Source of the DNA: a virus
Reading direction: 5' to 3' (one strand)
DNA length: 34,191 bases
Virus record (IMG/VR): IMGVR_UViG_3300016665_000082
Span: 1 to 34,191 of that record
A program made the translations under genes and the position numbers. Under the pieces are notes generated by a model. That model worked only from the letters and a program-made list of their open reading frames with translations, was not told the origin of the DNA and searched no databases. Below are positions 30,239 through 34,191 of the stretch, piece after piece; positions within the stretch are counted from its first letter, which is position 1, and each line of letters starts with the position of its first letter.

Positions 30239-32223
30239 CAGCGGAGGACATCATCGTACTAAATTTTGCGGAGGCCAAACAACCGGAATACCGGGAGAAA
30301 AAAGGCGCGGGGTACATCGAGTTCGGATTCCATAACGACTATCCGGATTACCTGATCGACCTGTACCGCAAAAGCGCGAAACATAACGCGATCATAAAGG
30401 GTAAGGTCAATTATATCGCTGGCAACGGATGGAAATCCGGCGAACCGGATCCGGCGGCGGACGCATTTATCGCCGCGCCGAACGGGTACGAATCCCTGGC
30501 GGAGCTGACGCGGAAGGTATCGATGGACATCGAAATTTTCGGAGGGGCTTACCTCGAAATCATCTGGTCGATGGTGGGCGGGCAGATCTCCAGCATCACC
30601 CACATCGACTATACAAAGATCCGGACGTCCGCGGATAACACGTCCTTTTGGTACAAGCCGACGGGATGGAAAGAGCGCAAAGGCGACATCATTCCCATCC
30701 CGGCGTTCAATACGAAAGTCCGTGAGGGACGCCAGATCCTCTATATCCGGGAATACCAGCCGGACCTTGAAGCCTACGCCCTGCCGGGGTACATGGGTTC
30801 GCTGAACTATATCGAATCCGACATCCAGGTATCCCAGCATGTATTGAGTAACGCCCAATCCGGATTCTCGGCGTCGAAACTGATCACCCTCCCGAACGGG
30901 GAGCCGTCGCCAGACGAAAAGCGGAAGATCGACCGGAAATTCCAGGACAACTTTTCGGGCGCCGATGGCAAAAAATTCATCCTTTCATTCGTAAACGATC
31001 CGGCACGGAAACCGATCATCGACGACCTGGGCGCGTCCGATCTCACAAAGGAGGATTTCGGGCGGGTGGATGCGATGATCCAGCAGAACATTTTTGCGGG
31101 CCACCAGCTCACCAGTCCGTCGCTGTTCGGCATCGCTGAACCGGGAAAATTAGGATCACGTACCGAAATGCGGGACGCTTACGAAATTTTCAAAAACACA
31201 TACGTAAACGACAAGCAGCAACATCTGGAGCAGACATTCAACCGTCTGGCAAAGATCAACGGGGCGACGTCGGAAATTTCCATCATCCCGGTTGAACCGA
31301 TCAGTTACGAACTATCCGAGGCCACAATCGTATCCGTCGCACCGCGGGAATGGATCCTCGAAAAGGCGGGGATCGACGTCACGAAATACCAGACCGAACC
31401 AGCCGCCGCTCCGGTCGATGGCACCACTCCACAGGCCGCCGCATCCGTCACGGTGAACGACAACCTGAAATCAATGACGGGCCGCCAATGGCAGCAAATG
31501 GCGCGGATCGTCCGGGAGTTCTCGAAGGGCAAGATTACGCGCGATCAGGCCGGAATGATGTTGAAAAGCGGATACGGCCTATCCGACGACGAGGTTATGA
31601 CGATGCTGGGCGAACCGGAGCAATTCGGCGCGAACGCGACGGAGGACGACATCATCGGCGCCTTCGCGGAATACGGCGAAACGACGCAGAACTTTTCCGT
31701 CGTGAAAAATTCACGCGTCACGTTTGCGGACATTCAGGAGGAAGCCGATAAGCAGATCCTGAACATCCTCCAAAAACAACCGCTAACGCCGTCGGACGAC
31801 ATCGCGAAGGCGCTGGGCGTTGATGTATCCGAGGTAACGCGTAGGATCGACCGGATGACGCGTCTGGGGGTATTGATCGAGGCAAAAGGCGGAGGTCTGA
31901 AACCGTCGGCGCCCGTCTCCGAACTGGTGGACGAACCGACGCGGACGACGTTTGAAATCCGATATTCCTACGAATGGAAACCGGAGGTACCAGTCGGCCA
32001 GCGTGACACGACAGAGCACCCGTCGCGGCCATTCTGCAAAAAATTGATGTCGCTGGATCGTTTCTATACTCGCCGCGAAATAGAGACCCTATCCCAGCGC
32101 CTGGGATACAGCGTATTCGACCGCGGGGGCGGATGGTGGGGGCAGGGTGCAGGATTACCGCCGTCGCCGTCATGTCGGCATGAATGGAGATCAAATGTAG
32201 TTATCCGTAAACGTAAAGCATGA
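30235..32223 (+). CDS. portal protein fused to a winged-helix segment and a MuF/SPP1 gp7-like head-morphogenesis domain
   Basis: 662 aa. N-terminal ~370 aa are portal-like (YPDYLIDLYRKSAKHNAIIKGKVNYIAGNG ... FSASKLITLPNG ... EIFKNTYVNDKQQHLE). A MarR-like segment ILNILQKQPLTPSDDIAKALGVDVSEVTRRIDRMTRLGVLIE follows. The C-terminal RPFCKKLM...PPSPSCRHEW is the MuF-type Cys/His motif. Confidence 0.75.
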   Translation: MTAEDIIVLNFAEAKQPEYREKKGAGYIEFGFHNDYPDYLIDLYRKSAKHNAIIKGKVNYIAGNGWKSGEPDPAADAFIAAPNGYESLAELTRKVSMDIEIFGGAYLEIIWSMVGGQISSITHIDYTKIRTSADNTSFWYKPTGWKERKGDIIPIPAFNTKVREGRQILYIREYQPDLEAYALPGYMGSLNYIESDIQVSQHVLSNAQSGFSASKLITLPNGEPSPDEKRKIDRKFQDNFSGADGKKFILSFVNDPARKPIIDDLGASDLTKEDFGRVDAMIQQNIFAGHQLTSPSLFGIAEPGKLGSRTEMRDAYEIFKNTYVNDKQQHLEQTFNRLAKINGATSEISIIPVEPISYELSEATIVSVAPREWILEKAGIDVTKYQTEPAAAPVDGTTPQAAASVTVNDNLKSMTGRQWQQMARIVREFSKGKITRDQAGMMLKSGYGLSDDEVMTMLGEPEQFGANATEDDIIGAFAEYGETTQNFSVVKNSRVTFADIQEEADKQILNILQKQPLTPSDDIAKALGVDVSEVTRRIDRMTRLGVLIEAKGGGLKPSAPVSELVDEPTRTTFEIRYSYEWKPEVPVGQRDTTEHPSRPFCKKLMSLDRFYTRREIETLSQRLGYSVFDRGGGWWGQGAGLPPSPSCRHEWRSNVVIRKRKA

Positions 32224-32825
32224 GCCGAAAAATACTATTCATAACGCCGAACACGATCAAGGAACGGACGGGCCTTCATGCCAACGTGGACGAAAAATTG
32301 ATCAGCCCGGAGATCATGACGGCGCAGGATATGTTTATCCATCCCGCCCTGGGGACGGCGCTATACAACCGCCTCCTGGACGGGATCGAAAATAACAATC
32401 TAACCGACGCGGAGGAAGGATTGATAACGGGGTACATATCTGACACGCTGGTGTACTACGTCCTTTCTGAATTGCCCGTCGGTTTGTCGATGCAGTTTTA
32501 TAATAAGGGACTGATCCGGAAAAGCGGGGAAGGGCAGACCGAGCCATCCATGCAGGACATGATCGACGTCGCGAACAGGTACAAGGCGCGGGCGGAATTT
32601 TACAAGGAACGCCTGATCCTGTATGTCAAGGAAACTGCGTCGAAAGGCGTACTATTTCAGGAGTACATCAACGCCGGATCCGGGGTGGATACGATTCATC
32701 CGGAGCGCCAGGCATACACGATATCCGTACATCTCGACGAGTACGCGGATCGCTACCGTCGCCCAGCCGGACGCGGGAGATGGGAGGATATGTATCAAGG
32801 TAATTCGCCGAATTGCGATTGCTAA
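32220..32825 (+). CDS. head-tail adaptor/connector-like protein, tentative
   Basis: 201 aa directly after the portal gene (ATGA overlap). Confidence 0.4.
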   Translation: MSRKILFITPNTIKERTGLHANVDEKLISPEIMTAQDMFIHPALGTALYNRLLDGIENNNLTDAEEGLITGYISDTLVYYVLSELPVGLSMQFYNKGLIRKSGEGQTEPSMQDMIDVANRYKARAEFYKERLILYVKETASKGVLFQEYINAGSGVDTIHPERQAYTISVHLDEYADRYRRPAGRGRWEDMYQGNSPNCDC

Positions 32826-32901
32826 ATGAAAGGGAATAAAACGTACAGCGAACGAAACCAGAACCGCCTCCGGGCCTATCTGGAAAAGCAGGAACGGACA
32901 C

Positions 32902-33348
32902 ATGACACTAAATCAACTGATCGACAAAATAACAGCGCTCGGGAACGCTCACGAAATGATCGAGACCGTATGGAACGGTCCCGTAATGGATCGACTGGCG
33001 CTCGGTGACGTAACGTATCCGCTGATGACGTTCGACGTGAACACCGCGCGGATCGTCGGATCTGACGCGTCGTATGATTTCCAGATGTTTTTTATAGACC
33101 GCCTCGTCATTGACAGCGAAAACGAGCGCGAGGTGCAGTCCGATCAGATGTCAATACTTCAGGATATCATCGCACAACTCCGCTGGCCGGGATGGGATTG
33201 GACGGTGGACGGCACGGTACAGGTGCAGATCATAACGGACACGACGCCCGATCTTTTGGCTGGGGTGGCCGCGACGATTACGATCACATTGCCATATCAG
33301 TCCGATCGTTGTCAGGTGCCGACGGAATTAATTTATCCCGCTAATTAA
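32902..33348 (+). CDS. hypothetical neck/tail protein (148 aa)
   Basis: ATG ORF in the structural block. Confidence 0.55.
   Translation: MTLNQLIDKITALGNAHEMIETVWNGPVMDRLALGDVTYPLMTFDVNTARIVGSDASYDFQMFFIDRLVIDSENEREVQSDQMSILQDIIAQLRWPGWDWTVDGTVQVQIITDTTPDLLAGVAATITITLPYQSDRCQVPTELIYPAN
33339..33347 (+). promoter_or_regulatory. late-gene upstream box CGCTAATTA
   Basis: Overlaps the stop of 32902..33348 and ends 6 nt before ATG 33354. Confidence 0.3.
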
Positions 33349-33353
33349 GACAA

Positions 33354-33731
33354 ATGCCCGGGAAAAAAATAAATCAACTCGACGTCCGGACGCCAACGCT
33401 CGCCGATCTCATGCTGATCGGTGATCCATCGACTGGATATAGCTATAAGGCCGCGCTATCCGCGCTGATCACTTTTGTAACGGCAAACATCACGACGGCA
33501 AAAAAAAGGTTTGTCGTTGGAGATGTAGGATTCCCTGGAGATGGCGCGTCATCGTGGACGGATTCGGATTTCACAGGAGCGACCGTATGGGTGTATCGTA
33601 ATGGATTGCTATTAGACTGGGCTGATCCGGGCGATGGTTCATCATATTACATTCATAGCGGGAATACGATTACATTTTACCCGGCGCTCGCAACCTTTGA
33701 AAAGATACAAGCTTTAGTCATAAAAATATGA
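33354..33731 (+). CDS. tail fibre proximal/adaptor-like protein
   Basis: 125 aa. N-terminus KINQLDVRTPTLADLMLIGDPSTGYSYKAALSAL is a motif I recognise from phage fibre N-termini. Confidence 0.45.
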   Translation: MPGKKINQLDVRTPTLADLMLIGDPSTGYSYKAALSALITFVTANITTAKKRFVVGDVGFPGDGASSWTDSDFTGATVWVYRNGLLLDWADPGDGSSYYIHSGNTITFYPALATFEKIQALVIKI

Positions 33732-34191
33732 AACAACTTATATTTATTCTCATCGCCATCATTGGCGTATCGCAGGCGCAAACTATCCAATATATCGGCG
33801 CTCCGACGACGACGGTAATATCCCGCGGCAACTTCCGCACGGATAGTATCTTTTATCTTCCGAAGCGGACGAAGCTACCGACGGATACCGCGGCACTTCG
33901 ATATCAGATTTCGGATAGTTCGCTGTATGCCTGGACGGGATCGCAATGGCGCAAGGTCGGGGCGGATGCGGATACGCTCGTTTATTCAACGCGCGCATGG
34001 AGACAAAAGGGTGACGATTCGCTGGCCTCGCGTATCAACTTAAAAGTAAATATAAGCGACACCTCCTCCATGCTAACCAACTACATTCGTCACGCAGGCT
34101 ACGGTCTGACAAAGTCGGGTCAATCGTTCCTCGTTGACACGCTAAACATCTCGACCCGTGCATGGCGGCAGAAGGGATTGGACAGCCTTGC
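33728..34191 (+). CDS. tail fibre-like protein, 5' part (continues at 1..1064 across the circular junction)
   Basis: ATG 33728 in an ATGA overlap. No stop before the window end, which is why it is absent from the ORF track. N-terminus MKQLIFILIAIIGVSQAQ is signal-peptide-like. Duplicated motif STRAWRQKG(D/L)DSLA. Confidence 0.65.
   Translation, partial: MKQLIFILIAIIGVSQAQTIQYIGAPTTTVISRGNFRTDSIFYLPKRTKLPTDTAALRYQISDSSLYAWTGSQWRKVGADADTLVYSTRAWRQKGDDSLASRINLKVNISDTSSMLTNYIRHAGYGLTKSGQSFLVDTLNISTRAWRQKGLDSL
34170..34191. repeat. 22-nt exact copy of 1..22
   Basis: See 1..22. Confidence 0.9.

Noticed and set aside
32826-33008. A 60-aa ORF in the 76-nt gap between 32825 and 32902.
   Set aside because: Its translation is Arg/Asn/Glu-rich and low in complexity, and two-thirds of it overlaps 32902..33348 out of frame. 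The gap is more likely untranslated.
33975-34191. The duplicated STRAWRQKG(D/L)DSLA segments in the fibre gene as a diversity-generating retroelement template/variable repeat pair.
   Set aside because: No reverse transcriptase gene is present. The two DNA copies differ at many positions of all base types rather than at adenines only.

Overview
The window is a complete, circularly closed tailed dsDNA phage genome of about 34.17 kb. The first 22 nt recur exactly at 34170..34191, and a tail-fibre-like ORF reads in frame across that join. All convincing genes are on the + strand and tightly packed, often with ATGA/GTGA start-stop overlaps.

Gene order:
- Distal tail fibre and two small proteins with signal peptides.
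- Lysis cassette: TM/coiled-coil protein, lipoprotein with a C-terminal TMD, and M15 endolysin.
- Early region: small promoter-led genes, an HTH protein, a Redbeta/RecT-like annealing protein, an SSB-like protein and tRNA-Phe(GAA).
- A DUF4373-type replication initiator with embedded iteron/AT-rich/palindrome structure.
- A sugar module (SDR epimerase/dehydratase, GT-B and GT-A glycosyltransferases) interleaved with a VRR-NUC nuclease domain, a sigma-70-like protein and unknown ORFs.
- A ParB-fused DNA methyltransferase and a second beta-class DNA methyltransferase, separated by a TerS-like protein and an XRE regulator.
- Large terminase, tail/baseplate genes, tape-measure-like protein, XkdF-like protease, scaffold, major capsid and a tube-like protein.
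- A portal fused to a MuF/gp7-like domain, then neck and fibre genes.

Expression signals point to a Bacteroidota host: TAnnTTTG -7 boxes, no Shine-Dalgarno sequences, and ACACAATG start contexts. I saw no integrase, CRISPR array, rRNA or transposon.

The items most worth follow-up are:
- the phage-borne glycosylation module chained to the methyltransferases;
- a recurrent CCGCTAAWTA box in front of late genes, together with the phage sigma-like factor;
- the ori-like structure and the promoter-leader-terminator unit at the replication gene;
- a T9 slippery run that splits a structural gene;
- the portal-MuF-wHTH fusion;
- mosaic AT-rich segments in the fibre and in one methyltransferase.

All family assignments are motif recognition by eye. 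No database search was possible.
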